A DNA stretch of 64,000 nucleotides from a virus: positions 68,550-132,549 of the IMG/VR virus record IMGVR_UViG_3300020596_000014; one strand, written 5' to 3'. Shown piece after piece: positions 18,437 through 28,828 of this stretch. A program made the position numbers and the translations under genes. The notes under the pieces are model-generated. The model was not told where the DNA came from. It worked only from the letters and a program-made list of their open reading frames with translations, and ran no database searches. Every line of letters begins with the position of its first letter. Position 1 is the first letter of the stretch.

Positions 18437-20041
18437 ATGTCGAACAAACCGAAGACCGTTTTCGACGAGGCGATCGCCGACGTCAAGAAGCTGAAGGAGC
18501 TCGCGGAGTCGCGCGCTCGTGACGCTGTTCTCCAGAAGATTGAGCCGCAGCTCAAGCGCCTCGTCGAGCAACATCTGTTCAACGAAGGCGATGACCCTGA
18601 GGATTGCGATCACGACTACGAGGACGGTGGCGACATCTGCTCCAAGTGCGACGCCATGGCCCCCATGGATGAGAACACGCTTGCGGCCGGCGGCGTTCAG
18701 GGCAGCATGGGCGGTCCCGGTCCGACCGAAGAGATCGACGAGCTGCAGTACGAAGTCGCCGAAGGCGCCGAGGGAACTCTCGCGCAGCTCGCCGACTTTG
18801 CGCACCCTGTTACCGACGACCGCTTTGCGGTCGAAGTGTACCGGTTGCAAGAAGACATTCAACATCTTGTGGTCGCAGATCGCAAGGAAAAGCTGTCTAA
18901 GCCGTTCTCCAGCAAACTGGAAGAGGCAATCTCGAAACTTGAAGATATGTACGCTTACCTCAGGGAGTCATATACCGGCACTGACCGGGACGCCATTGAG
19001 ATCAAGCTGGAGAAAGGTTACGGCTTGGTAAACGCCGTCAAGGAGTCAACGATGAAGATGCGTGATTTGCTCAACGAGGAAGATCTGACCGTGAAGATTA
19101 ACAATCTTCCTGATGGGGTTGACCCCGACGCCATCACAATCGATGTCGTGTCCGACGAGACCGATGTCGATCCGATGGCAACCGATCCTGCGGCTCCGCC
19201 CGCGGCAACCGGCGCCCCCCCGATGCCCACTGCTGAAGGCGATGATGATGACGACGAGGTTCTTGAGATCTCCGAAGCCGATCTGAGGGTAGAGCTATCT
19301 CGCCTCAAGGGTCTTCGTGAGGGCGACGCTGCTCCTCCGGCGACCAAGGGTAACGGCTTGGGCAACTCTAAGAAGTCGTTTGGCGACGCGCGCGACGAAG
19401 GCGATGCCTTCGAGAGCCCCGACTCTGAGCTCGACGGCATCGATGAGGCTGACGGCGACGACGTCGTCGAGACCGACGAAGTGAAGATGGAGTCTGTCCG
19501 CAAGCGCCTCGCTCGTGCGGCCAAGCGCCTTTCCGAATCCCGCGGCTCTGACCGTGAGAACTTCGCCCGCGCGATGTACCGTTCCGCCGTCAAGGCGTAT
19601 CGCGGCACACGTCAGGCGATCAGCGAGTCCAAGACTCGCAATACTTTCGCTACCGGTCGCATGAATGCGCCGGCTAGCAAGCAGCTCGCAGAGGCGAATG
19701 CCAAACTCGCGAAAGCGAATAAGGCTCTCGTCGAGGCGCAGCTTCTCAACGCCAAACTGATCCACGCGAATAAGCTCCTGAGGCTCGAGGGTCTCACCAA
19801 GGCACAACAGGCCATGGTGATCGACAGACTCGACGAGGCTCGGAACTTGCGAGAGGTGCGGCTCATCAGCGAGAACATCAAGGCTGTTCTCGTTGGCAGC
19901 AAGGGTTCGGTCAACGAATCCGCCTCGCGGCGCCCGTCGGGCTCCGCTTCCCGTCCGAGCCACTCCGGCGCGGCGTCTGCACAGCCCCTCACTGAGGGTC
20001 TCGAGACGGCACGTTGGGCGACGCTCGCCGGACTCAAGTGA
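18437..20041 (+). CDS. Prohead scaffolding/core protein
   Basis: Directly upstream of the MCP. Acidic and coiled-coil, with many [LIVM]-x-E-[SGA] sites. C-terminal 'RWATLAGLK'. Confidence 0.75.
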   Translation: MSNKPKTVFDEAIADVKKLKELAESRARDAVLQKIEPQLKRLVEQHLFNEGDDPEDCDHDYEDGGDICSKCDAMAPMDENTLAAGGVQGSMGGPGPTEEIDELQYEVAEGAEGTLAQLADFAHPVTDDRFAVEVYRLQEDIQHLVVADRKEKLSKPFSSKLEEAISKLEDMYAYLRESYTGTDRDAIEIKLEKGYGLVNAVKESTMKMRDLLNEEDLTVKINNLPDGVDPDAITIDVVSDETDVDPMATDPAAPPAATGAPPMPTAEGDDDDDEVLEISEADLRVELSRLKGLREGDAAPPATKGNGLGNSKKSFGDARDEGDAFESPDSELDGIDEADGDDVVETDEVKMESVRKRLARAAKRLSESRGSDRENFARAMYRSAVKAYRGTRQAISESKTRNTFATGRMNAPASKQLAEANAKLAKANKALVEAQLLNAKLIHANKLLRLEGLTKAQQAMVIDRLDEARNLREVRLISENIKAVLVGSKGSVNESASRRPSGSASRPSHSGAASAQPLTEGLETARWATLAGLK

Positions 20042-20072
20042 TCAAGACACGTTGAACCAGGAATAATCAATC

Positions 20073-21983
20073 ATGAAGAATTTCAATAGCTCGCTCCTTT
20101 TCGAAGGTATTCGTGAGCGGCACATGGGCACCGAGCGCAAGCGCTTGGTCGAGAAGTGGATGAAGACCGGTCTGCTCCGCGGCCTCGACGGCCAGCGGCG
20201 CGAGGACATGTCGCAGCTCCTGGAGAACCAAGCTGCACAAGTTCTCCGTGAGTCGAACGCACTGTCCACGGGCGGCGGCGGGCTCACCTCGAGCGGTCAG
20301 ATTCAAGGCTTCTCGACGATCGCTTTCCCGATCGTTCGTCGCGTGTTCGGTGGCCTCGTCGCCAACGAGCTCGTTTCGCTTCAGCCGATGAGCCTCCCCG
20401 CAGGTCTCATCTTCTATCTCGACTACACCTACGGCTCGAATACCGGCGGTAACGCCGGCTTCGGGCTGAGCGACGCAGCGACGCAGTCCACGTACACGCG
20501 TGGGCAGTCGATCTACAACAACCCGGTCGGTAGGGGCATTCAGACGGGCTCTATCGAGTCCGGCGGCATGTATGACCTCGTCGGCAGAGGTTACTCGAAG
20601 GTTCACCAGGCTTCGAGCGCGGTCTCGATGAGTAACGACGCGATCGGCGCCTTCACCGGCGCGTCGAACGCTTGGCAGGTCGGCGGGCGCGTTCAGGCGG
20701 TGACTTCGTTCACCGGTTCGAATGCGCGCTTCGCAAACTTCGACCCGCAGGTTGAAGCTGACCTCTCGCAGAACGTTCTAGACTACCAGTACGTCCACGT
20801 CCCCGTCGCCGCGTTTACCACGTCGCTCGCGAACGCGGACATGCTCGCGGTCGATCAGATCGGCGTGTTCGGCTTCGGCGCTGGTCATGTCGGCGGCGCG
20901 GTCGCCTGGGGACAGCAGTACCAGGGCGGCACCGGCGTGCTCAACCTTCGTCGCGCGACCAAGCGCGGCAACTGGGACGGCGCGGTCTTCACGCCCGCCC
21001 CGGTCGGCGGCGACCACATCCAGTTCCTGCTTCGCCTGTCGAACAACGGCTCTACGGTGTCCGGCTCGGTTGCCGCGAACCTCAGACTGACCTGTTCTGT
21101 CCCGATCGTTGATAAGCTCACGGTCGACGGCACCACGGCAGCGACCCTCGTGCTCCCCACGTTCGAGACCGACTTCTCGGCTTCCGGTTCGCCGGCAATC
21201 CCCGAGATCGACATCAAGATCGAGTCCATCGCCATCACCGCTGAGAGTCGCAAGCTCAAGGCTCGATGGTCGCCGGAGCTCGCTCAGGATCTCAACGCGT
21301 ACCACTCGATGGACGCCGAAGTTGAGCTCACGAGCATCCTTTCGCAGCAGATCGCCCTCGAGATCGACCGCGAAGTCCTCGTCGACCTGCTCACGCAGGC
21401 CTCCGGCGCGAACCTCTACTGGAGCCGCGCTCCGGGCAAGTTCGTCAACAAGCTCACCGGCGACCCGGTGAATCTTGCCTCCAGCCTCTCTATCGGCCCT
21501 GCCTTCACCGGCACGGTTCGCGAGTGGTACGAGACTCTCGTCGAGACCGTCATCGACGTTGCGAACACCATCCATCGCAAGACCCTTCGAGGCGCTGCAA
21601 ACTTCATGGTGTGCGGTCCCGACGTCGCAACCATCCTCGAAGCTTCGGCGATGTATCGCACGAAGGTCTCCATTGACAGCGATGGCCAGGCCGCGTCGGT
21701 CTTCTCCATCGGCTGCGAAGCGGTCGGTTCGCTCAGCAACCGCTTCACGGTCTACAAGGACCCCTACTTCCCGCGTTCCAAGGTACTTGTTGGTTTCAAG
21801 GGTGGCAGCTACCTCGAGACAGGGTACGTGTACGCTCCGTACGTCCCACTGATTGTCACTCAGACCATCTACAACCCCGAGGACTTTAGCCCTCGTCGCG
21901 GCGTTATGACGCGATATGGGAAGAAAATGGTCCGATCTGACTTTTACGGGACAGTGAGCCTTTTGGACATGTCAATTATCTGA
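20073..21983 (+). CDS. Major capsid protein (T4 gp23-like)
   Basis: 'LLENQ', 'VRRVF..LVANELVSLQPMS.P.GLIF', 'SRKLKARWS.ELAQDL.A.H..DAE.EL', 'YAPYVPL' and 'GVMTRYG'. Confidence 0.96.
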   Translation: MKNFNSSLLFEGIRERHMGTERKRLVEKWMKTGLLRGLDGQRREDMSQLLENQAAQVLRESNALSTGGGGLTSSGQIQGFSTIAFPIVRRVFGGLVANELVSLQPMSLPAGLIFYLDYTYGSNTGGNAGFGLSDAATQSTYTRGQSIYNNPVGRGIQTGSIESGGMYDLVGRGYSKVHQASSAVSMSNDAIGAFTGASNAWQVGGRVQAVTSFTGSNARFANFDPQVEADLSQNVLDYQYVHVPVAAFTTSLANADMLAVDQIGVFGFGAGHVGGAVAWGQQYQGGTGVLNLRRATKRGNWDGAVFTPAPVGGDHIQFLLRLSNNGSTVSGSVAANLRLTCSVPIVDKLTVDGTTAATLVLPTFETDFSASGSPAIPEIDIKIESIAITAESRKLKARWSPELAQDLNAYHSMDAEVELTSILSQQIALEIDREVLVDLLTQASGANLYWSRAPGKFVNKLTGDPVNLASSLSIGPAFTGTVREWYETLVETVIDVANTIHRKTLRGAANFMVCGPDVATILEASAMYRTKVSIDSDGQAASVFSIGCEAVGSLSNRFTVYKDPYFPRSKVLVGFKGGSYLETGYVYAPYVPLIVTQTIYNPEDFSPRRGVMTRYGKKMVRSDFYGTVSLLDMSII

Positions 21984-22009
21984 TAGATCAGGCACTTAGC
22001 CACGATTCG

Positions 22010-22037
22010 AGGGCCGCGAAAGCGGCCCTTGTCGTTT
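22010..22037 (+). terminator. Probable intrinsic terminator after the MCP
   Basis: Perfect hairpin AGGGCCGC-GAAA-GCGGCCCT (22010-22029) followed by a T-containing tail. Confidence 0.7.
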
Positions 22038-22069
22038 AAACTGTACAAGTTAGGTAAGCATAGATTACT

Positions 22070-22912
22070 ATGGTAGTCATGCTCACCTGTCACGAATGCG
22101 CCTTCCAAGCCGAAAACGCCAAAGGTCTCTCATATCACGTTCGAGTGCGTCATGATATGGCGTATCCGAACTACCTCGTCAAGCATGATTTGAACGGAAT
22201 ATGGCCAACCTGTAAGTGCGGATGCGGTAAACCAATACGTTTCCTCTGTGGTAAGTTTTGCGAATACGTGAACGGTCACCAATGGAAAGACAAGCCAAAA
22301 ACGGTCGTCCACCGTGCTCGTCTTGGTGATGCTCAACGCGGCAGAGTGAAAACGCCCGAGTCCAACGCCAAGCGATCCGCCTCGATGCTCGATTACCACT
22401 CGAAGCATGACAACGTACGTGACGCGGCCAAGAAGTACTTGTTTGGTTCCAAACGTTCCGAAGAATCTAAACGTAAGCAAGGCGAGACCCGAAAAGCAAT
22501 GTTTGCCTCCGGTGACCTTGTCATCAATCGCGAAGCGATCTCCAAGTCCATCACCAAACTCTACCTCGAAGGCGGCTTCCAATGGTGCGTCGGGGAGTAC
22601 ACCTCGACAAAAACGGGTGAGGTCATCTTCTACCGTTCATCGTGGGAGCTTGTGTACGCCGAGTTGCTCGACAACGATCCGACGGTTGTTACATGGGAGT
22701 ATGAGCCATTCTCCATCGTGTATCGTCACGGCAACAAGATGAAAAACTATCTCCCCGATTTTCTTGTCACCTACGATGACGGTATCAAGGAGCTAGTCGA
22801 AGTGAAACCGAAACAACTTGAAACTTACGGCGTCAACGTGGCCAAACGTGATGCAGCTTTGACGATATGTGTCGCAGAAGGCTGGCGTTATGCCGGGTGG
22901 AGCAATCAATGA
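22070..22912 (+). CDS. Free-standing homing-endonuclease-like protein (C2H2/CxCGC Zn domain + TnsA-type nuclease)
   Basis: 'CHEC...H....H', 'PTCKCGCG', basic NUMOD-like helices, C-terminal 'YRSSWE...YEP...YLPDF...VEVKP'. Confidence 0.8.
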   Translation: MVVMLTCHECAFQAENAKGLSYHVRVRHDMAYPNYLVKHDLNGIWPTCKCGCGKPIRFLCGKFCEYVNGHQWKDKPKTVVHRARLGDAQRGRVKTPESNAKRSASMLDYHSKHDNVRDAAKKYLFGSKRSEESKRKQGETRKAMFASGDLVINREAISKSITKLYLEGGFQWCVGEYTSTKTGEVIFYRSSWELVYAELLDNDPTVVTWEYEPFSIVYRHGNKMKNYLPDFLVTYDDGIKELVEVKPKQLETYGVNVAKRDAALTICVAEGWRYAGWSNQ

Positions 22913-22943
22913 GCGCGAACCTTGTTGAGATCTATTTACAATA

Positions 22944-23564
22944 GTGAGCATCTCAAAGCTAAGACAGTGTGTTCGATTTATTTTATGTGAATATGTTGAA
23001 GAGGATCCTCGTTCGTACGTGGGTATAAAAGGGAAACCTTACCGTTTCACGGCTGGCACACCAAAAGCCGATATTCTTGAGCCAGACATTTTTCAAATGA
23101 TCAGCAAAGCATACGAACCTATAGGTGGGCACGTTCGAATCACTTCGAGAGCTAACGTGGGTAACGAGTATCCTGAATGGGGGGTGGCTGATATAGACGA
23201 AGATCCTGAACCAGACGTCGTCATTGTTGGGAAACACTCTGACGCCGGTGGTATGAAGATTGGAGCAACAGCCACCGATGGGACGTTGCTTGCCAAGTCG
23301 TTCATGAACATTTACAAGAAAGAATTACTGACTAACGGAGGTTGGTGGGGTGAAGTATCTGGTGCGCCGGCGCACATTGCTATCAATAATTTAGGCATCG
23401 CTTATGTCAACGATAAAGCGCATGCGGAAAGGTTATTGAATCAAAAAGTAAAGTGGCACGGATCTCACCCTGATGGTAAATTCCGTGGTGTAGAAGGGTG
23501 GTATTCTCGTAACATCAATGGTCACGAGTATATCAAGATCATCGTGGGGGATTTCCCGAATTAG
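22944..23564 (+). CDS. Hypothetical protein, putative internal head protein
   Basis: TATTTA at 22933. N-terminus 'ISKLRQCVRFILCE'. Confidence 0.6.
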   Translation: MSISKLRQCVRFILCEYVEEDPRSYVGIKGKPYRFTAGTPKADILEPDIFQMISKAYEPIGGHVRITSRANVGNEYPEWGVADIDEDPEPDVVIVGKHSDAGGMKIGATATDGTLLAKSFMNIYKKELLTNGGWWGEVSGAPAHIAINNLGIAYVNDKAHAERLLNQKVKWHGSHPDGKFRGVEGWYSRNINGHEYIKIIVGDFPN

Positions 23565-23621
23565 GAAGAATGAATCGGGATTGGTTCGGTTCTCATTGAG
23601 AATCTGCTAATATCTGAACCC

Positions 23622-24473
23622 ATGGAACGAATTTCAGTTTACTACACACCAAAGATGGTCGCTGAGTCTGAGTGCTTCTCACCGAGCGCTGCGAAGCCGG
23701 CGAAAGTGATCGCGTCTTGGCAGACGCAATTCCCGATTGATATTATCGAGCCCATGCCTGTCACACGGGCAGAGCTCGCTCGCGCTCATGACCCAACATG
23801 GGTGGATAAGATGCTAGCCGGTGAGACGAACAACGGCTTTGGCAATCGCTCTCTCGCCGTCGCGGAGTCGCTGCCATACACGTCCGGAGCAATGCTTTCG
23901 GCCGCACGCGCAGCGATGAAGAACGGCAAGGTCGCCGTGGCCCCATGTTCCGGCTTCCACCACGCCGAATACGCACATTCGATGGGCTTCTGTACGTTTA
24001 ACGGGCTTATGGTGACGGCGCTTGCGCTGCGCGCCGACGGCGTCAAGAAGATTGGCATTCTCGACCTCGACATGCACTACGGCAACGGCACGGATCAGAT
24101 CTTGCAAGAGGTGGGCAACTTCGATCATTGGTGTGAGCACTTCACGGCCGGTCTCACCATTGAGTATCCGTCGCAGGTCAACGAGTTCTTCAATGAGTGG
24201 TTGCCGAAGGCTCTCAATGAGCTCGTCAAGTGTGACATCGTGCTCTACCAAGCCGGCGCTGACCCGCACATCATGGATCCGTACGGTGGTTGGATGGAGA
24301 CGGACGAAATGCGTCGTCGTGACGCCATCGTGTTCGAGACGCTCGCGGCTCACAAAGTGCCTGTCGTCTGGAATCTGGCCGGCGGCTACCAGATGCAGTC
24401 GGACGGATCCATCCCGAAAGTGCTCGAGATCCACGACAATACGATGCGAGAGTGCACCCGAGTGTACGGGTAG
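23622..24473 (+). CDS. Zn-dependent histone deacetylase family protein
   Basis: 'GFHHA', 'GFC..N', 'DLDMHYGNGT', 'YQAGADP' and 'GGY' give a complete HDAC-type active site. Confidence 0.9.
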   Translation: MERISVYYTPKMVAESECFSPSAAKPAKVIASWQTQFPIDIIEPMPVTRAELARAHDPTWVDKMLAGETNNGFGNRSLAVAESLPYTSGAMLSAARAAMKNGKVAVAPCSGFHHAEYAHSMGFCTFNGLMVTALALRADGVKKIGILDLDMHYGNGTDQILQEVGNFDHWCEHFTAGLTIEYPSQVNEFFNEWLPKALNELVKCDIVLYQAGADPHIMDPYGGWMETDEMRRRDAIVFETLAAHKVPVVWNLAGGYQMQSDGSIPKVLEIHDNTMRECTRVYG

Positions 24474-24807
24474 AAGTTCAAAGACATTATCTGTAGTTCA
24501 TGCGTTGTCGCACCTATGTCTTTCGACTAGACGATTTTGAACTCAGTTTCGGCACTTGCGCACCTGAAAACTACGTGATGTTACACGTTTTCTCAGAGGA
24601 GAGTTACATTGGGACGGTTCGTCTCGACGGATCTGTCACGTGCGATTTCAAGCGACTTAATGAGCTCGACATGATAAAATACTGGGACTGCTTCGAATGA
24701 AGCTTAAGCTCAAGGTGAGATTGCTCATTGAGACCCGCGCAATGAAATTCTTGTCGAGTCGGTATCGTGTGGATCGAGAATTGCTGTCGAGCTCATGTGT
24801 TTGACGG

Positions 24808-26112
24808 TCACACATTATCATGAGTCTTTTCAAGGATCGCGATGAACTGCTTCGCCACGTTCTCCCACGAGTTGTCTTTGACGTAAGCAAGCTGCGCGCT
24901 GACCTGCTTCTCCCACAGCACACAGTCGGAGAATAACATGTCAAGAGTAACGGCTATCGCAATTGGCGTGTCAGCCTTGAGCGTGGGCACGTCTGAGAAG
25001 TGGTTCACACTGGTCGTCACGACCGGCACCGGCTTCGACATCGCAGTCCTCGCCGCGCCTGAGGCTCCAAACACCTCGTGTTGTGGATGAGAGACATATG
25101 GGAAGACGACGGCACGGTTCGTGCGCATGAAGCTGTCGAGCGACTCGTCGGATTGAAAACCGCGAATGATAGCGATGTTATCTTCGACGTCGAGTTCCTT
25201 GACAAGCTTCATCAGGTCACCGTGATAAGATTCGTGTTCGGCCGCGCAGAACGGAGACTCTGAAAAGAGACCGGTAAAGAACACATCGGGGTATTTCTTC
25301 TTGAGCTCGGCGACCGCGCGAATAGAGTTCTCCCATCCCTTGTAACGGAACCCAAAGCCGAACTGCATGAACGTGTGTTCGGAACGGTAGACATTCCACA
25401 GTCTGTTCTTGTCAACACAGGGATCACAGCCGTGTGGGATGACATGAACGATGCCAGGCACATGCTTGATGTTTTCGAGCACGTCTCGCGCGCCTTCAAG
25501 GTGGACGACGATCTCAGGGATCGCAGCTTCGTTGACGAGTTTGTCCATGTGTTTGTAGACCGAATGCAACGTGACGATGACACGCACATTCGACAGCTGA
25601 CTCATGAGAGCCAGCCAATGTCTCGCGTTCGGCCAGATGCCGTACTCGTGCTGGATCCACACAACATCAGGCTGCCACTCACGAAGCTCGTTAACGAGGC
25701 TAACGAGCGACTGCCCACGCTCCCAACATTCAACGACACGCCCAGTATCAAACTCAACGTCGTTCATGACGTTGAGAGGACCAGTGGGCTTCGCGTTATG
25801 CTCAGCAAAGATCTTCCAGTCTCCAACTTTACCGACGATATGAGACCACAGCTTCTCGGAGTAGGTTGAGATCCCGCAACGCATCTTCCAGTTGCCGACT
25901 AGAGCCACTCGAGTCTCGTTCGCTGACTTGCCTGAGCGATCACGCTTGATGAACTTATCATCGACGTACGTGTACCCGCTCATAAGAGCGTGAGCATGCA
26001 GCGACTCCAACTCCTTGGGGAGTTCGACGACTTTTCCTTCGCGTGTCGACAGCGTGGAACTGTCTGACACAACTCGGATCTGTCCACCACATATCACAAC
26101 ACACTTGCCCAT
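24808..26112 (-). CDS. Glycosyltransferase (GT-B, family 4-like)
   Basis: 'CGISTYS', 'DVVWIQHEYGI', 'TLHSV', 'IPHG', 'FG..YKG.E', 'VFPY' and 'SGA'. Confidence 0.85.
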   Translation of the reverse strand: MGKCVVICGGQIRVVSDSSTLSTREGKVVELPKELESLHAHALMSGYTYVDDKFIKRDRSGKSANETRVALVGNWKMRCGISTYSEKLWSHIVGKVGDWKIFAEHNAKPTGPLNVMNDVEFDTGRVVECWERGQSLVSLVNELREWQPDVVWIQHEYGIWPNARHWLALMSQLSNVRVIVTLHSVYKHMDKLVNEAAIPEIVVHLEGARDVLENIKHVPGIVHVIPHGCDPCVDKNRLWNVYRSEHTFMQFGFGFRYKGWENSIRAVAELKKKYPDVFFTGLFSESPFCAAEHESYHGDLMKLVKELDVEDNIAIIRGFQSDESLDSFMRTNRAVVFPYVSHPQHEVFGASGAARTAMSKPVPVVTTSVNHFSDVPTLKADTPIAIAVTLDMLFSDCVLWEKQVSAQLAYVKDNSWENVAKQFIAILEKTHDNV

Positions 26113-26133
26113 GCATCTAAGAATGAGACGCGA

Positions 26134-27147
26134 TCATTCGTCGAGAGCAATATTGACGGCGTCGCGAACAATAATAAACAAGCCTGGATCCGTTGAATTT
26201 ACAGGCACCTGAGCGTTCTTGATACCATCCAACAACAGATCCTTCTGCACTCCGTAGTACGGCACTTTCGTTGCTACGTCAGAGCCCAACTGCTTGAGTT
26301 TGTCGTGATGATGGATGATGACGCAGGGCGTTCCGGTCAACTGTGCGATGACAGCACCATGAAACCTTTGAGTGAGCACGACAGATGCGTCAGCGAATAT
26401 CTTAGAGATTGAGTCGAAGGATCCATCACCGATCCACTCCGGCGTCAGACAACGGATCTTGGCTCGTCTCTCGCAGTTCGCCGTGATCTCAGCGCAAGCC
26501 CAGACATCACGTACAGCTGCGTCGTCACAGAACGGAGCCATGCTCACCGACCAGCCATCACTGACGAGCGCGTCGATCGCTTGACACACTTCGCTCTTGA
26601 AGTACTCCCAGGCAGGTCGCTTGTAGCTCGGAGCCGAGCGATGCGGAAGCACCTCGGAGTTCGGCACAAAAAGCAGTTTCTTTGCGCTCATTGGCATCTG
26701 ATTGGTCACGCCGCTGAGACAGAGCGACAGATCCGGAAGCATGACAGCGTGCGGCGCTGCGGCCAAGAAGGCGGCCGATGGAGTCTTTGATCTAGTGAAT
26801 GCCGCGATCGAACGCGAGAGTAAAGCGGCATGCTCGATATGAATGTCCGTCTCAGAACCGACTCCAACGTACACCACCGGCTTCATTGTAAGAGCGGTTT
26901 TGGCTTCAGTATCGCCGTGAAGCGGAGCGTACAGGAACGATCCACCGCCGATCAGAATTACGTCTGCATCACGAACGTCGCTTACTTTAAAACGATCAAC
27001 GAACTTGATATTGTGACCAACCAGAATATGTCGAAGTGCAGCTGCCATCAGCTCGTCGCCGACGTTTCGGTGCGCATACCATCCATACACTAAAATTCGT
27101 TTTCCCATATTGTGACCAGAAGTATCGTGTGACAATATCTTCGGCAC
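26134..27147 (-). CDS. Polysaccharide pyruvyl transferase family protein
   Basis: 'GWY...NVGDELM', 'IGGGS', 'GVG' and 'RFHGAV.A...GTP'. The start may instead be the ATG at 27108. Confidence 0.82.
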   Translation of the reverse strand: MPKILSHDTSGHNMGKRILVYGWYAHRNVGDELMAAALRHILVGHNIKFVDRFKVSDVRDADVILIGGGSFLYAPLHGDTEAKTALTMKPVVYVGVGSETDIHIEHAALLSRSIAAFTRSKTPSAAFLAAAPHAVMLPDLSLCLSGVTNQMPMSAKKLLFVPNSEVLPHRSAPSYKRPAWEYFKSEVCQAIDALVSDGWSVSMAPFCDDAAVRDVWACAEITANCERRAKIRCLTPEWIGDGSFDSISKIFADASVVLTQRFHGAVIAQLTGTPCVIIHHHDKLKQLGSDVATKVPYYGVQKDLLLDGIKNAQVPVNSTDPGLFIIVRDAVNIALDE

Positions 27148-27173
27148 AACTAACCTAATTTTAGCTGCCTATA

Positions 27174-27482
27174 TCACCGACGGCAGACGGCCCAGAGAAT
27201 CTTGCGCGGCCGCTGAACATCCCACACGATTTTGAGAGCGTATGTGTGCTTGGTGACTCTAACAATCATCCAATCAAGCTCATCCGGAAGGCCACCGCCA
27301 CAGGGAGGAAGGACGCAGTTCTCGTCGTCTTCGAACGTCACGCTAAGCACGCTGCGATTGCGGCCAATGTCAATCACGACCTCGCCGGATCCGACCACGT
27401 CAAGCTCTCCGAAGAACATGTCGTGACCGAGCACGCCAAGGAAGCGAAGGATCCTGTAGAGGCATGAGACGAGCCAGTTCAT
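27174..27482 (-). CDS. Hypothetical protein
   Basis: TACCTA just upstream on the minus strand. First gene of the minus-strand glyco-operon. Confidence 0.55.
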   Translation of the reverse strand: MNWLVSCLYRILRFLGVLGHDMFFGELDVVGSGEVVIDIGRNRSVLSVTFEDDENCVLPPCGGGLPDELDWMIVRVTKHTYALKIVWDVQRPRKILWAVCRR

Positions 27483-27539
27483 GACTGATAGGTAGCGACG
27501 AGAGATCGGATGTAGTCAAAGGAGCTGTACGATGAAGGC

Positions 27540-27797
27540 ATGTCCAGCAGAGTGATCGATTATTCTTTCTTTCTTATTTGCCTTATTTTGGCAAGTTTCG
27601 GCGTCTTCTCTCTCGTGAAGACATGCACAGTTGACGGTCGTATTGACTATTGCTACGTGGACACCATCCGCGGTGCGACCGGCGGATACGAAGTCATCGG
27701 TCACCGTCTGTGGCGCTCTGACGCTCACCTCGGTGTCGCTGAGAGCCCTGACCGCGCCAACATCATCATGCAAAACAGTGTTTCTTGTCCAAAATGA
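27540..27797 (+). CDS. Small membrane protein
   Basis: N-terminal hydrophobic segment. -10-like TACGAT just upstream. Confidence 0.5.
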   Translation: MSSRVIDYSFFLICLILASFGVFSLVKTCTVDGRIDYCYVDTIRGATGGYEVIGHRLWRSDAHLGVAESPDRANIIMQNSVSCPK

Positions 27798-27803
27798 GAT
27801 CAC

Positions 27804-28754
27804 ATGGATACTCTTGAAAAAGTCCTCCCGCGAACCATCTTCCTTACTCAACACGGAAGTCACGCGTACGGCACCAACATTGAAGGCAGCGACTACGACT
27901 TCAAGGGTGTCTGTATCCCGACGAAGGACTACTTCCTCGGCTTTAATAAGAAGTTCGAGCAGTTAGAGAGATCCGCAAACGCCGGCCATCCGCATGATCT
28001 CGTCATTATGTCGCTGAACAAGTTTACAGCACTCGCTGCAGAGTGCAACCCAAACATCATCGAGATCCTACATGTATCTGATGAGGACATCTGGCACATT
28101 GACGAGTTCGGAGAAGAACTGCGTTCGATGCGAGATGACTTCATCTCGACAAAGGCTCGACACACATTTTCAGGGTACGCTTACGCGCAACTTCATCGCA
28201 TCAAGAAACATCGGTCATGGCTGCTCAGCCCTCCGAAGGAGAAACCGACTCGTTCGTCTTTTGGTCTCAGTGAGACGAGCAAAGTCTCTCGCTCTGAGCT
28301 CGGGGCATTCGACGCTCTCGTTGAGCAACAGATCGAAGTTGACCTGAACAAGGAGGTTCTCACTCTTTTCCTGCGCGAGAAACAGTACAACGCTGCCAAG
28401 ACCCTCTGGGATCAGTACGAACAATGGAAGGTCAAGCGTAACGACAAGCGTGCCATCCTCGAAGCGCGGTTCGGGTACGATACGAAGCACGCAATGCACC
28501 TCGTCCGTCTGATGCGGATGTGTAAGGAGATCCTTTCGACAAGAAAGGTAAACGTTCGTCGCGACGATTTCGAGGATCTTCTCGGGATCCGTTTCGGCAG
28601 ATGGTCCTACGATCAGGTGATCGAGGAAGCCGAGAGACTTGATCGCGAGTGCGGCGAATTTTACAAGACGTCGAAGCTTCCGCACCACGCGGACCGCAAT
28701 GTTATTGATGCGCGCGTCATCTCTATGACTGAGCGTTATCTCAGTCGAGCTTAG
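27804..28754 (+). CDS. Pol-beta-superfamily nucleotidyltransferase (RlaP/YcgL, T4 NrdC.11-like)
   Basis: 'GSHAYGT...SDYDFKG', 'NPNIIE' and 'YDTKHAMHLVRL'. Confidence 0.85.
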   Translation: MDTLEKVLPRTIFLTQHGSHAYGTNIEGSDYDFKGVCIPTKDYFLGFNKKFEQLERSANAGHPHDLVIMSLNKFTALAAECNPNIIEILHVSDEDIWHIDEFGEELRSMRDDFISTKARHTFSGYAYAQLHRIKKHRSWLLSPPKEKPTRSSFGLSETSKVSRSELGAFDALVEQQIEVDLNKEVLTLFLREKQYNAAKTLWDQYEQWKVKRNDKRAILEARFGYDTKHAMHLVRLMRMCKEILSTRKVNVRRDDFEDLLGIRFGRWSYDQVIEEAERLDRECGEFYKTSKLPHHADRNVIDARVISMTERYLSRA

Positions 28755-28828
28755 AGCTATTCTATTAACGGGCTCTGACCTATACGTTGCCCAAGACTAG
28801 CATTATGTGATCTTGTTACCTACTCTCA

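Noticed and set aside
20778-21575. Long antisense ORFs over MCP, sheaths, SbcC and tape measure
   Set aside because: Shadow frames expected from GC-rich codon bias opposite well-supported genes. They carry no motifs.
22070-22912. Tn7-like transposon suggested by TnsA-like domains (also 2564-2971)
   Set aside because: No TnsB/TnsC/TniQ genes or transposon ends. This domain is standard in T4 gp4-like proteins and free-standing phage endonucleases.
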